A DNA stretch of 56,773 nt from Chitinophagales bacterium (GTDB taxonomy: Bacteria; Bacteroidota; Bacteroidia; Chitinophagales; JADIYW01): NCBI GenBank assembly GCA_044357355.1, contig JBIKPT010000002.1:1-56773 (forward strand), read 5' to 3'. The translations under genes and the position numbers were made by a program. Every line of letters starts with the position of its first letter. Position 1 is the first letter of the stretch. Under the pieces are notes generated by a model, which was given only the letters and a program-made list of their open reading frames with translations, was not told where the DNA came from and searched no databases. Below, piece by piece: positions 1-9,938 of this stretch.

Positions 1-355
1 CGCCTAACAGCTTTTTTCCAAATAATGTTATTCCGAAAGTTGAATTATTCTGGTCGGTCAGTTTCACTTTAACATCTGCGAATGTATTTCCTATAATATC
101 GCCTGCAACAGTGGAAGCAAACAACACTGTTGGATTGGCAACAAAGATGCCGTTAACGATTGGCGGTGTGGTGCCTTCGTGAATGGTGACACCGAGACTT
201 ATTAATGAATCCAGTTATTTCTGCGGAATGATGTCGCTGATACGTTTGGTTTGAATTTCTTCCGCTGATTGTTCTTTTTTGCATGAAGAGGTGCTGATTG
301 CACTGCTTTCTACTAGAATTGCAAGGATACTTTTGAGAATGATTAGTTTTTTCAT
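1..355 (-). pseudogene. Putative lipoprotein gene interrupted by an in-frame TAA (or a short lipoprotein ORF followed by a second open frame); 3' end runs off the window
   Basis: ATG at 355-353, then a signal peptide and lipobox-like Cys (MKKLIILKSILAILVESSAISTSSC). TAA at 217-215 is in frame. The same frame then stays stop-free for 71 more codons to position 2 (LDSLISLGVTIHEGTTPPIVNGIF...). Confidence 0.3.
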
Positions 356-465
356 GTGTTTTAGTTTTTATTGTTTGATGATGAATATTATTTGTTTAAC
401 TGCTCCCAGTTTTGTGTGGAGCCGATGTTCGGATTATAGTTGGTTTCATTGGTTAAAATGATTTC

Positions 466-1530
466 TCAGTTGCCGTTTTTCCAGGCAGTATTGTATGAAC
501 TTGGCAACTCGTAGCTTGCGCCATTGCCGTCTGAATAGATCTCAACGCCTTTGATGTATTGCGAAAATCCGTCGCTGGTGGGCTTGTACGTAGAATTTGC
601 CTTTTCGTAACTTTTATCTATGCTTGCAATCATGGCGTAGTTGTTGCGGCTGATTTGCTGACTGATGGCCTCAATATTACGTAAGCCCTGATAATACTGG
701 TCTGTCAGGTATTTTATAACCTGTGTTTGCGCACAGATAAATGCCGGTGTATAGCGAATGGATTTTAAAACAGCCTGACACAATTCTGTGTTAGTTTTTT
801 CATCTTTATCTTGTTTAATAAAAAACAGAATTGGTAATACCTGCCAGTTAGAAAAATTCAAACTCCTGTTTACCGTTCCGTTTATATATGCATTTATGAA
901 TAGCGTATAATTTTCGCCATTCTTTGTGAATGTGCCTTTCCTAATGACATTATCTGATATGAACTCTACCTGCGGATTTTGTTTTTTCGCCTGAATATCT
1001 ATCGGGTTGGTGCTTTCAATTTTAATGACTTTTGTTTCGGTGATTTTTACACCGGCAGGCAACGCATTCATTTCGTTTAATGTTCTCATCGTAGCCTCTG
1101 TTGTATTTGATGGCATGCTGGCCACCACTGTGCCACCCATGTATTTGCTGCCCAATCCAATGCCTGCGTACTGCATTGACTGATTAGACAACGTATAGAA
1201 TGAGGTTTTATAGATGTGTAATTGTGCCGTATTTTCAGGGTTATTTACGTGCAGATAGGCACTCGCCGGAAATTGTGTGTTTTGGGCATCCCAATCTAAC
1301 TGACTTTGTTGTTTCCAGCCTTGCGGCAATAAAAAAAGGACTGCATCGCTTTTCGTTACCTGGTTGTCCTTGATGGATGACAATTGCATAAGTAACACTT
1401 TTGCATCGACGTTCTTGTTTTTTGATGTGGCAGAAGTTGCCTGACTTTTGGAGTTTATATTATTTTGTGAATTGCAGGACATGCAACTGAACAGTGCCAA
1501 TACATAGCATAATGTGGTTACTTTTTTCAT
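466..1530 (-). CDS. Hypothetical lipoprotein
   Basis: 373-aa ORF. The internal Met at 1530 gives MKKVTTLCYVLALFSCMSC, a signal peptide plus lipobox Cys. No recognisable catalytic motif. Confidence 0.6.
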   Translation of the reverse strand: MKKVTTLCYVLALFSCMSCNSQNNINSKSQATSATSKNKNVDAKVLLMQLSSIKDNQVTKSDAVLFLLPQGWKQQSQLDWDAQNTQFPASAYLHVNNPENTAQLHIYKTSFYTLSNQSMQYAGIGLGSKYMGGTVVASMPSNTTEATMRTLNEMNALPAGVKITETKVIKIESTNPIDIQAKKQNPQVEFISDNVIRKGTFTKNGENYTLFINAYINGTVNRSLNFSNWQVLPILFFIKQDKDEKTNTELCQAVLKSIRYTPAFICAQTQVIKYLTDQYYQGLRNIEAISQQISRNNYAMIASIDKSYEKANSTYKPTSDGFSQYIKGVEIYSDGNGASYELPSSYNTAWKNGN

Positions 1531-1686
1531 AAGGTTTAATTTTGATGATGATGAGTCAAAAGTAGAATACATTATCACCTGAATCAATGAAAAAAGAGTG
1601 TGAAAATTAAGGCTCTTAAGCTACAGTTTTTAGCTCAAAATAGTGATAGTCAATATTTTAATTATTAAAAAACTAAATTTTCCGGC

Positions 1687-3197
1687 TTATTTATTGTTGA
1701 ATTTCTGGTAAATGGTTTTATGTTCCATTTTTGCTTCAAGCCAGAGGTGAATCGGAAAATAATTGATGATGTTTTGTTCGAGCTTATCCTGTAAAATAGT
1801 TTCTATGTTTTTTATGTTCTGTCAATATACTTACCTTGTTTGCGTTGTTATTGGCCAGACTATAATCTACCAGCATTTTTAAGATGGCATTTTTCCGCTT
1901 TGAACATCTTATCGTCGCGGTATAATTTTCTTCTCAGGTTCTCGATATTCGTATCGAAGTGGTGTATCTGGTTTAGCTCAACAAATACAAACATTTTTAA
2001 CAACAAGCTATAACTTTCCAAATCTTTCATGGTGTGCAAAGCCTTATGATTTAAAACTTTTGAAATAAATTCGAGACAAGCCTCAAACTGATCATTATAA
2101 AAGTAAATCATCGCCATATCATACAACATGGAAAGTTGAATATCCTGTCGTTTGTTATAAAAATCTAACACATTGCTGTATGTTGGCAGCAACGAGTATA
2201 TTTTATCAAACCGATTTTGTTTCAGGTATTGATTTTTTCTACCAACGCCAGATTCAATTTTTTAGACTGCACCAAATCAATATCCTTTGAGTTTTCCAGA
2301 TATTGCAGCAACGTATTTTTCACTTCATCAAAATATTCGAAATTGCTGACGTTCAGCATGCGCAATACAAAATTGCTCAATGCAACAATGGTTTCCTTTT
2401 CATTGGCTTTGCAATAATTCGGGTTGTTTTTTAATACTAGGTATTGAGTAACACTGTCTGCATATGCTGCTTCTGCATCGTTTATCATCAGGAAATAGCC
2501 GACGCGTACATAATGAAACAAGATTTTTGAAGCTGTGGTGGTTGCCTTTTCAATATCCGATAAATATGGAATTGCAAGTTTATCTGAAACAAAATCTATC
2601 TTATTTTTTTCTCTGATATAGGTGTTGGTATCTTGCCGAATCATCAGCCATTCATCCTTTAAATGTTGATAGTTCCGTGTGTTGTGAAGCTTGTCCTGAT
2701 TTTGTAAAAACTCGTTCGTCAGTTTTGATTTCTTAGTTTCATAATGTTTGTCCACTTCCAAAATCAACATTTCATATTGATAGATAATGGCGCAATAATT
2801 GTATAATTCAAAATCCTGCACAATTTTATTTGCTTGTACTATTTTCTTTTCCAATAGATTATTTACTCGTCTTTATATCAAAAAAGGCAATTGTTGTAAA
2901 ACAGAGAGCAGCTTGTTTTCGACAGAATTATTTTCCTGAATGGCAGAAAAAGTTGTAATAATTAAATCTGATAAATAATTTTTTAGCTGCAGAAAAATTA
3001 TTAATGAGTTTGGTGTATTTTAATTTTTTCTTTAATGCTTCTTCATCGTATTCTTCCTGTTTCAGGATAGCCTCAAACAACAAAAGATATGGATTTTCTG
3101 CATTATTTTTTGATTTATACGCAAATTTTTTTTAATAAGCTTTTTCGTTGGGTGTTAACGAATGAATTAATTTATGAAGTTCATTTTTTTCGATCAT
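1687..3197 (-). pseudogene. Decayed ~500-codon gene of unknown function (helical-repeat-like), broken into at least 5 frame segments
   Basis: ATG at 3197 reads MIEKNELHKLIHSLTPNEKAY, then a stop. Sense continues in shifted frames (AYKSKNNAENPYLLLFEAILKQEEYDEEAL.. / ..LSDLIITTFSAIQENNSVENKLLSVLQQLPFLI*) into track ORFs 2222-2854 and 1860-2192. The last segment is ..ILQDKLEQNIINYFPIHLWLEAKMEHKTIYQKFNNK, ending at 1687. Some breaks sit at A/T homopolymers. Confidence 0.55.
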
Positions 3198-3245
3198 TGT
3201 TTAGCAGAATGTTTAAATTTATGGAAAATAGTATACTTTTTACAG

Positions 3246-3746
3246 ATGAAATATCTAACCATCATTAGACATGCAAAATCCAGTTGGGATCATCCTGATT
3301 TGGATGATATAGCCAGACCGTTAAATGAACGAGGTGAAAGTGCTGTAAAAATTATTGGAAATTATTTGAGAGAAAATCATCTTATACCTGATTTAATTAT
3401 CAGTTCGCCGGCAACACGTGCCATCACCACTGCAAATGGAATTGCAGAATTGGTCTTATTTGATTTAAAAAAAATCTCCATAGAGCCGGTTATCTATTTC
3501 GGTACTTCTTCAGCCATACTGGAAATGCTTAAACAAACTGATAATAAATTCAGCGATGTTTTTTTGTTCGGACACGAGCCGATTTTGTCTTCGCTAATTT
3601 ATCAGCTGACAAAAACAACTCTTGAAAAATTTCCTACCTGCTCGGTATTCAGAATTTCATTAGAGATAAAATCATGGCATGATATTGGCTCTAAAAAAGG
3701 GAAATGTGAAATTTATGTGAACCCTAAATTATTGATGGAAAAGTAA
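3246..3746 (+). CDS. SixA-type histidine phosphatase (phosphohistidine phosphatase family)
   Basis: Internal ATG at 3246 gives MKYLTIIRHAKSSW...RPLNERGE...FGHEP, the RHG-type phosphatase signature. The upstream 24 codons overlap the pseudogene start and look spurious. Confidence 0.7.
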   Translation: MKYLTIIRHAKSSWDHPDLDDIARPLNERGESAVKIIGNYLRENHLIPDLIISSPATRAITTANGIAELVLFDLKKISIEPVIYFGTSSAILEMLKQTDNKFSDVFLFGHEPILSSLIYQLTKTTLEKFPTCSVFRISLEIKSWHDIGSKKGKCEIYVNPKLLMEK

Positions 3747-3774
3747 GTAAATTGAGCATTCCAAAAATTGCACC

Positions 3775-5841
3775 ATGACAAAAATTCCTATTATAAACCG
3801 AGAGTTAAGCTGGCTTTCATTTAATGAGCGTGTGCTGCAGGAAGCTGAGTGCAAAGATGTACCCTTACTGGAACGACTAAGATTTCTGGGTATTTACTCA
3901 AATAATTTAGATGAGTTTTTTCGCGTGCGCATTGCCACGCTAAAACGCATGATGGATTTTGACAAACGTGCAAAACAGGAATTGGGATTTTCGCCGGCAA
4001 AAGTGATGGTTGCCATTCAGGCAAAACTGAAAATTCTCCAAAAAAAATACACCAAAGCATACGTTGATATTATTAAAGAACTGGAAAAAGAAAATATTTT
4101 TTTCCTGAATGAAACAGAACTGGACAAAGCGCAAGGTGAATTCGTAAAAAATTATTTTCAGGAAAAAGTCCGTTTGGAAATTTTTCCTATCATGCTGGAT
4201 AAAGCAAAAGAATTTCCAACCTTATTAGATGCTTCTATTTATCTGTCCATTCGTTTTTCTAAAACTAAAACCAGGGAAACACATTATGCATTAATAGAAG
4301 TACCAACCGCATCCATCTCACGGTTTTTGGTGTTGCCTTCTAAAAATAACAAACAATACATTTTATTTTTAGACGATGTTATTCGGTATAATTTAAAATC
4401 TATATTTCAGATTTATGATTTCGATAAGATTGAAGCATACACGATAAAATTTACGCGCGATGCAGAATTAGATGTCGATAACGATGTCTCACTGACCTTT
4501 ATGGAGTCGATGGAAATGAGTCTGAAAAAACGTAAAAGTGCGGATGCATTACGTTTTGTATATGATGCACAGATGCCGAAAGATTTTCAAAATTACCTGA
4601 TTAAAAAAATGGAATTAGATAATAAAGTGCAATTGTATGCAGGTGCCCGTTATCACAATTTCAAAGATTTTATCAAATTTCCAACGCTAGGCAAAACACA
4701 CTTATTAAATCCTGATTTGCAGCATATTCCGCATCCTGATTTGGAAAAAGCACGTTCCATATTAGAAAAAATGAAAACGAAAGATATACTATTGTATTAT
4801 CCGTATCACTCGTTCGATTATTTTTTAGACTTATTGCGAGAAGCAGCCATTGATCCGAATGTATCTCATATTCGCTGTACGCTTTATCGTGTGGCATCCA
4901 ATTCTCATGTGATAAAATCACTGATTACTGCATTACATAATGGCAAAGATGTTACCGTGTTTATTGAGTTGCGTGCTCGTTTTGATGAAGAAGCCAACAT
5001 CGACTGGGCAACAATCCTGCGCGATGCCGGTGCGCGTGTCATTACTGGCATTGCAGGACTGAAAGTACATTCCAAATTATGCCTGATTACGCGCAGAGAA
5101 AAAGACACTAAAGTTTATTATGGCTGTATCGGTACAGGAAACCTGCACGAAAAAACAGCGCGTATTTATACCGATGCGCAATTGTTTACGTGCAACCAAA
5201 CCATAACGAAAGAAGCAAGACAAATTTTTTCATTTTTTGATAAAAATTATTCTGTTCCGAAATTCAATCAATTAATGGTAGCTCCCTTTAATTTGAGAAG
5301 TCGGCTTACCACTTTAATCAACCGTGAGATTAGAAATGCAAAAGCAGGCAAGAAAGCAGAAATATTTTTAAAGCTGAACAATTTGGTGGATGAAGATGTG
5401 ATAGAAAAATTATATGCTGCCAGCAAAGCTGGTGTTAAAATAAGAATGATCGTGCGTGGTATTTGTTCTTTAGTTCCCGGTTTACCAGGTATCAGCGACA
5501 ACATTGAAGCCATTAGTATTGTAGATAAATTTCTGGAACATAACCGTGTGTTTGTTTTTCATAATCTGGGAAAGCCTGATTTATTTATCGGAAGCGCAGA
5601 TTTAATGACAAGAAATCTGGATCACCGAATTGAAGTAGTGTTGCCGATACTGGATGATAAAATAAAGAAACAACTCTTGCAGATGATGGAACTGCAATGG
5701 AAAGATAATGTGAAAGCCAGGATTTTTAATGAAACACAATCCAATATTTTTAGAACCAGAACTACACCTGAAAAAGCTGTCAGAAGCCAGGATGCGATTT
5801 ATGATTTCTGGAAAGATTTTGGTGTGAAGAAGAAGCGCTGA
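3775..5841 (+). CDS. ppk1: Polyphosphate kinase 1
   Basis: 688 aa. N-terminal INRELSWLSFNERVLQEA and LRFLGIYSNNLDEFF, with two PLD-like C-terminal domains (KVHSKLCLI...), are typical of PPK1. Confidence 0.95.
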   Translation: MTKIPIINRELSWLSFNERVLQEAECKDVPLLERLRFLGIYSNNLDEFFRVRIATLKRMMDFDKRAKQELGFSPAKVMVAIQAKLKILQKKYTKAYVDIIKELEKENIFFLNETELDKAQGEFVKNYFQEKVRLEIFPIMLDKAKEFPTLLDASIYLSIRFSKTKTRETHYALIEVPTASISRFLVLPSKNNKQYILFLDDVIRYNLKSIFQIYDFDKIEAYTIKFTRDAELDVDNDVSLTFMESMEMSLKKRKSADALRFVYDAQMPKDFQNYLIKKMELDNKVQLYAGARYHNFKDFIKFPTLGKTHLLNPDLQHIPHPDLEKARSILEKMKTKDILLYYPYHSFDYFLDLLREAAIDPNVSHIRCTLYRVASNSHVIKSLITALHNGKDVTVFIELRARFDEEANIDWATILRDAGARVITGIAGLKVHSKLCLITRREKDTKVYYGCIGTGNLHEKTARIYTDAQLFTCNQTITKEARQIFSFFDKNYSVPKFNQLMVAPFNLRSRLTTLINREIRNAKAGKKAEIFLKLNNLVDEDVIEKLYAASKAGVKIRMIVRGICSLVPGLPGISDNIEAISIVDKFLEHNRVFVFHNLGKPDLFIGSADLMTRNLDHRIEVVLPILDDKIKKQLLQMMELQWKDNVKARIFNETQSNIFRTRTTPEKAVRSQDAIYDFWKDFGVKKKR

Positions 5842-5869
5842 TTTAAATGATTGGTTTTGATTTATTAGA

Positions 5870-5964
5870 TGCTGAAACAATCCCGAATCTTCGGGACAGC
5901 ATGTCGGACGGCTATAGACGAACCGTAATACACGCTTCGCGTCATTCCGAACTTGTTTCGGAAT
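5870..5964. repeat. Two stem-loops of the TTCCGAA/TTCGGAA hairpin family downstream of ppk1
   Basis: ATGCTG-aaacaa-TCCCGAA-tc-TTCGGGA-CAGCAT spans 5870-5902. ATTCCGAA-cttgt-TTCGGAAT spans 5944-5964. The same arm sequence recurs at 27241-27296. Confidence 0.6.
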
Positions 5965-6157
5965 CTATTCTTTTTACTTCTAGGTTTTGATTGTTTCCGC
6001 TTAATGAGTTAGAAATATTATTGCTCAACTCAAAAATCTTATTCTCTGTCTTTTTATCAAATATTGATTTAATAACTAAAATCAAATATCCAATTCCTAA
6101 GAAAAAAGAGAGTATCATTTTCCCTGTTATTTCTATTGGTTTAAAATTTATGTTCAT
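5942..6157 (-). CDS. Small hypothetical membrane protein (71 aa)
   Basis: ATG at 6157 (MNINFKPIEITGKMILSFFLGIGYLILVIKSIF...) with one hydrophobic helix. The 3' end overlaps the 5944-5964 hairpin. Weak support. Confidence 0.25.
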   Translation of the reverse strand: MNINFKPIEITGKMILSFFLGIGYLILVIKSIFDKKTENKIFELSNNISNSLSGNNQNLEVKRIDSETSSE

Positions 6158-6161
6158 TTCT

Positions 6162-6329
6162 CTAATAATTTTTAATAATTCCTGATATACAATATCCAGT
6201 TGGTGCAATGCCAACACCAAGCAGAGCTTGTCCTTTTAACAACAAGCCAATAATTATTACTGCTAACAACAACCACAGCATGACAAACATGATTAGTTTA
6301 TGGTTTTGTATTTTATGTTTTATATCCAT
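6162..6329 (-). CDS. Small hypothetical membrane protein (55 aa)
   Basis: Not in the track because it is under 60 aa. ATG at 6329 gives MDIKHKIQNHKLIMFVMLWLLLAVIIIGLLLKGQALLGVGIAPTGYCISGIIKNY. The stop lies 4 nt before the next small ORF. Confidence 0.25.
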   Translation of the reverse strand: MDIKHKIQNHKLIMFVMLWLLLAVIIIGLLLKGQALLGVGIAPTGYCISGIIKNY

Positions 6330-6653
6330 TTTATTTAATTTATTTAAAATTTTTTACTAAATAGAAAAACTTCATTACTATGAAAATCGAAATTAAACAT
6401 AAATGAAACTGATACTTTATGAATTTTATCTTATTTTAAAACATTCTTCTTGTCGGTTGGCGTTCTGACTAAAGGTAATTTAGTAGTTGATGAGGGCAGC
6501 AAACATTAGATATAGTGTTAAAATATGGCATTCATAATTACAAAGTTACACAACCGAAAATCAACCCTATTTACTATTTTGCAATAATTTTCAAATCTCC
6601 AACGCCATATATTTAGAATATAAAACCGTAACTTGCTTTCGTAAATCGCCTAC

Positions 6654-7556
6654 ATGAAATTCGCTGCTATAGATATTGGTTCCAATGCTGTCCGCTTAAT
6701 TTTTATTAATGTGTATGAAACACCAACCGGACCGCAGTTTGTGAAAGATGCCATGTATCGCGTGGCACTGCGTTTAGGTGAAGAGGCTTTTTTAAAAGGA
6801 AAAATCTCTGCTAAAAAAGAAGAAGAATTGCTTTCTACCATGAAGGCATTCAAACATCTGATAGATGTGCACAAGCCGGTGCAAATCATGGCGTGCGCAA
6901 CATCTGCCATGCGTGATGCCAAAAATGCTAAAGAAATTGTTGCCAAGGTTTTAAAAAAAACCGGCATCGATATCAAAATCATCAGCGGACAAAAAGAAGC
7001 GGAACTGATTCTCTCCAATCATGTAGAAACATTTCAACTGGATGTTTCAAAGAATTACCTGTACATAGATGTTGGCGGCGGCTCTACAGAATTGATTTTA
7101 TTATCGAAAGGAAAGCTTGTTGATAAATGGTCGTTCAATATCGGTACCCTGCGCATGACCTTGGGTAAAGTGAAAGAAAAACACTGGAAAGAACTCGACG
7201 TTTGGGTAGATCATTTCAAAGGAAAATATACGCCGTTGTTAGGCATCGGTTCCGGCGGAAATATCAATACCATTCAAAAGCATTTTGTGAAACGCAAAGA
7301 ACAGCAAGTGTACTATAGTGATTTACAAAAAACATTTGATGCGCTAAATGGAATGACTTTAGACGAACGTATTTTAAAATACGGTTTCCGGCCCGACAGA
7401 GCCGATGTGATTGTTCCGGCAGCGCAGATTTTTATGCATATCATGAAACGACTAAACATCGAAACATTACACGTGCCGAAAGTGGGTTTAGGTGATGGTA
7501 TGATACATGAAATGTATGAGAAGATGACCAAAGGAAAAAAAGTGAAAAAGAAATAA
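6654..7556 (+). CDS. ppx: Exopolyphosphatase (Ppx/GppA family)
   Basis: MKFAAIDIGSNAVRL..., DVGGGSTEL and IGSGGN are ASKHA-fold Ppx/GppA motifs. The gene lies next to ppk1. Confidence 0.85.
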   Translation: MKFAAIDIGSNAVRLIFINVYETPTGPQFVKDAMYRVALRLGEEAFLKGKISAKKEEELLSTMKAFKHLIDVHKPVQIMACATSAMRDAKNAKEIVAKVLKKTGIDIKIISGQKEAELILSNHVETFQLDVSKNYLYIDVGGGSTELILLSKGKLVDKWSFNIGTLRMTLGKVKEKHWKELDVWVDHFKGKYTPLLGIGSGGNINTIQKHFVKRKEQQVYYSDLQKTFDALNGMTLDERILKYGFRPDRADVIVPAAQIFMHIMKRLNIETLHVPKVGLGDGMIHEMYEKMTKGKKVKKK

Positions 7557-7560
7557 ACAC

Positions 7561-7974
7561 ATGAAAAACTTTATTTTTTTAATGCTGTTTGTTGTTGCCA
7601 ACAACGCATTTTCTCAAAAACTACACCTTTGTTTTACCTCCACAGATTCTGCTTATGCGGAAGATCCGATTCAGGTATCTTTTAATGTCATTGATAAAGA
7701 CTGGGCCAATGGTTTTGTGCAATATAAAGGACAAAAAGATGGTTATTTACTCAGCTTCAGTGTAGAGAAAACTATTGAAAAAATAGAAGGTGACGTTCCG
7801 CAAATAGAATATTCATTTAATGAAATTAAAAACGGAAAAACGACCGGCAAGTATTTTCTTGCTCTGAAAGGTCCGAAAGTTATATACTTTTATTATTTCG
7901 ATAAGCAACGAAAATCCAGGATTAATTTTGCGCAAGATTACAGCTCGGAAAACCAGTGCAGTTGCGAATGGTAA
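7561..7974 (+). CDS. Hypothetical secreted protein
   Basis: 137 aa with signal peptide MKNFIFLMLFVVANNAFSQ. No recognisable domain. Confidence 0.55.
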   Translation: MKNFIFLMLFVVANNAFSQKLHLCFTSTDSAYAEDPIQVSFNVIDKDWANGFVQYKGQKDGYLLSFSVEKTIEKIEGDVPQIEYSFNEIKNGKTTGKYFLALKGPKVIYFYYFDKQRKSRINFAQDYSSENQCSCEW

Positions 7975-7977
7975 ATT

Positions 7978-9921
7978 TTATTCTGTAAACATGTTATTTT
8001 GTGAAACCGCATTTATATTCTGTTCGTAAAGCTTGAACTGAAATAATTGTGCGCCGAAATCTTTTCCTTTCGGATAAAAACTAAATTGGAAATCCAGATA
8101 AGGCAACCCTAAATCCACACTTCTGATTCGAATACCGGTTCCGAGACCATATTGAAACCGGCTTTCAACAATAAGTTTTTTTTCGTTCTCACTCAGCCAG
8201 CCCATGTCGCAAAACGCATAAATCATTCCTTTGGTGAGTGCTACTATTTTATCGAGAAATAAATCGCTTTCCAGGCTGAGTGTAACGCTTTTTGAACCTT
8301 TTAAAGAAGGCGAATAAAATCCGCGGATGCCGTTAAAATCATTGATATTAAAGTAGCGCTCTTCCGGAATATAAAAACCTAAATCGGTGCCGCCTTTCAC
8401 TATTTGCCTGAAATACATATGCTTTGCAAACGACACTTTTTTGGAAACATAATCCATGCTTATTTTCGTCAGCATCTGCTCTCCTTTTTTGTTTCTGATG
8501 AAACCGCTGTAGTTTACCTGCGGATAGAGGAAGCCAAATTTTTTTAAATAAATTCCATAATTTATGGTGAGGTCTAAAACAGCTCTTCTGCCGTAAATTT
8601 CATCAATCTGCGTACCTGCCCAAATCGATGCACTGATGCCACGTGGAAAATACTCGGCTATATCAATATAAAATGCATTTTTCTCCAGATAAAAATCCCA
8701 ACGGGCAATGCCGAAACCAAACCGGTAATTTTGCTGCTTAATAAAAAGTTCATTGTAATTTCTATTGATAATAAATGGTCGTGTTTTATAATCTGTATAA
8801 TTTAATTTGGTGGCAATTATAAATTTCAGTTTATCATCTTTGCAAGGCATGAGTTTATTAACGGCAATGGCACCGGCCAGCCACAGGGAATAATAATTGG
8901 ATTTTGCATTAACAAAACTCGACGGGTCGCGCAGGTTTCCATTCAAACTTAAAGTACTGTTGTTGTAAATATATTGCGCATTAAAAGCCAGTGCTGTTTT
9001 TAAATTAAAAAACTTTCGGTTGACGGAAACGGCCACATTCTGATTTAATTTTTCAATGACAAAACTCGTGGTAAAATTTATCTGAGATGCCTGAATATTT
9101 TCATATAAATACGTACCGCCAACAGCCCAAAGATTGTACTTATTAAAATTGATGCCGCCAAAAACACTCAGCGTATTGGGCAAGCCGAAAAAATTAAAGG
9201 TGGAAGCGCTGAACACCACACGCTCGTTGTAATAGCCTGCAGCCATAGACCAGGACAACCTGTCTTGCAGAAAAATCATCACTTCTGCTTCATTCGTATT
9301 CAGGCTGTCCTGAAAGACAATGATTTTTACATCTTTGAATTTCTTTCGCTGCCAGAGTAATTTTTCGGTATCTGCAAATAAGGTTGGATTGATAGAGTCG
9401 CCTTCTTTAAAAAAAATATCACCACGTATATACCATTCTTTACTTTTAAAATGGATGGCATTTCCAAATTTTTGTCCTTTATTCATGGCAATGGGACAGC
9501 CTTCCGGTGTGCATCCAAATGGTTTAAAAACGACAACATCGACACAGGTAATTTTTTTGCCTGTATATTGTTCATACTTTTCGACGCCGGAAAAATCTTT
9601 GCCGTAGCCTCTGTCGTTGTAATTAAAATAAGATAAAAACTTAAATGCTTTTTTCGTTTTTTCAAACCGTGATTCCTTTTTAGATACACTGAAAAAATCG
9701 TCTGCAAAAATCAATGTATCTTCGGGTTCTTTCCATTCGGCAATAGTATCCTGAATAAAAAGCGGTACGGTTGTTTGCAGTGAATCCTGCGTTTGGGTTA
9801 AGTTACCGGATAGTGTATCCTGTGCAAAGCAGATATTTAAATGAACTATGAAAACAAAAAAAAGCAACGTACGCGAAGTGGTTGCTTTCTTTTTAATCAA
9901 ATCATAAATGCGATGCTGCAT
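7978..9921 (-). CDS. Outer-membrane beta-barrel protein (Omp85/BamA-like, family unverified)
   Basis: 647 aa. It has an N-terminal hydrophobic signal ending ...CFAQD and a long C-terminal region of alternating hydrophobic, aromatic and Gly-rich beta-strand-like sequence. Confidence 0.55.
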   Translation of the reverse strand: MQHRIYDLIKKKATTSRTLLFFVFIVHLNICFAQDTLSGNLTQTQDSLQTTVPLFIQDTIAEWKEPEDTLIFADDFFSVSKKESRFEKTKKAFKFLSYFNYNDRGYGKDFSGVEKYEQYTGKKITCVDVVVFKPFGCTPEGCPIAMNKGQKFGNAIHFKSKEWYIRGDIFFKEGDSINPTLFADTEKLLWQRKKFKDVKIIVFQDSLNTNEAEVMIFLQDRLSWSMAAGYYNERVVFSASTFNFFGLPNTLSVFGGINFNKYNLWAVGGTYLYENIQASQINFTTSFVIEKLNQNVAVSVNRKFFNLKTALAFNAQYIYNNSTLSLNGNLRDPSSFVNAKSNYYSLWLAGAIAVNKLMPCKDDKLKFIIATKLNYTDYKTRPFIINRNYNELFIKQQNYRFGFGIARWDFYLEKNAFYIDIAEYFPRGISASIWAGTQIDEIYGRRAVLDLTINYGIYLKKFGFLYPQVNYSGFIRNKKGEQMLTKISMDYVSKKVSFAKHMYFRQIVKGGTDLGFYIPEERYFNINDFNGIRGFYSPSLKGSKSVTLSLESDLFLDKIVALTKGMIYAFCDMGWLSENEKKLIVESRFQYGLGTGIRIRSVDLGLPYLDFQFSFYPKGKDFGAQLFQFKLYEQNINAVSQNNMFTE

Positions 9922-9938
9922 TTTTAAAAATACAACAT

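Noticed and set aside
3174-3245. N-terminal extensions proposed by the ORF track (also 21527-21649, 22369-22413, 27277-27318, 34051-34086, 20347-20430)
   Set aside because: The extensions begin at TTG/GTG or distant ATG codons. They overlap neighbouring genes or regulatory DNA and precede an internal Met that gives the canonical family N-terminus or signal peptide.
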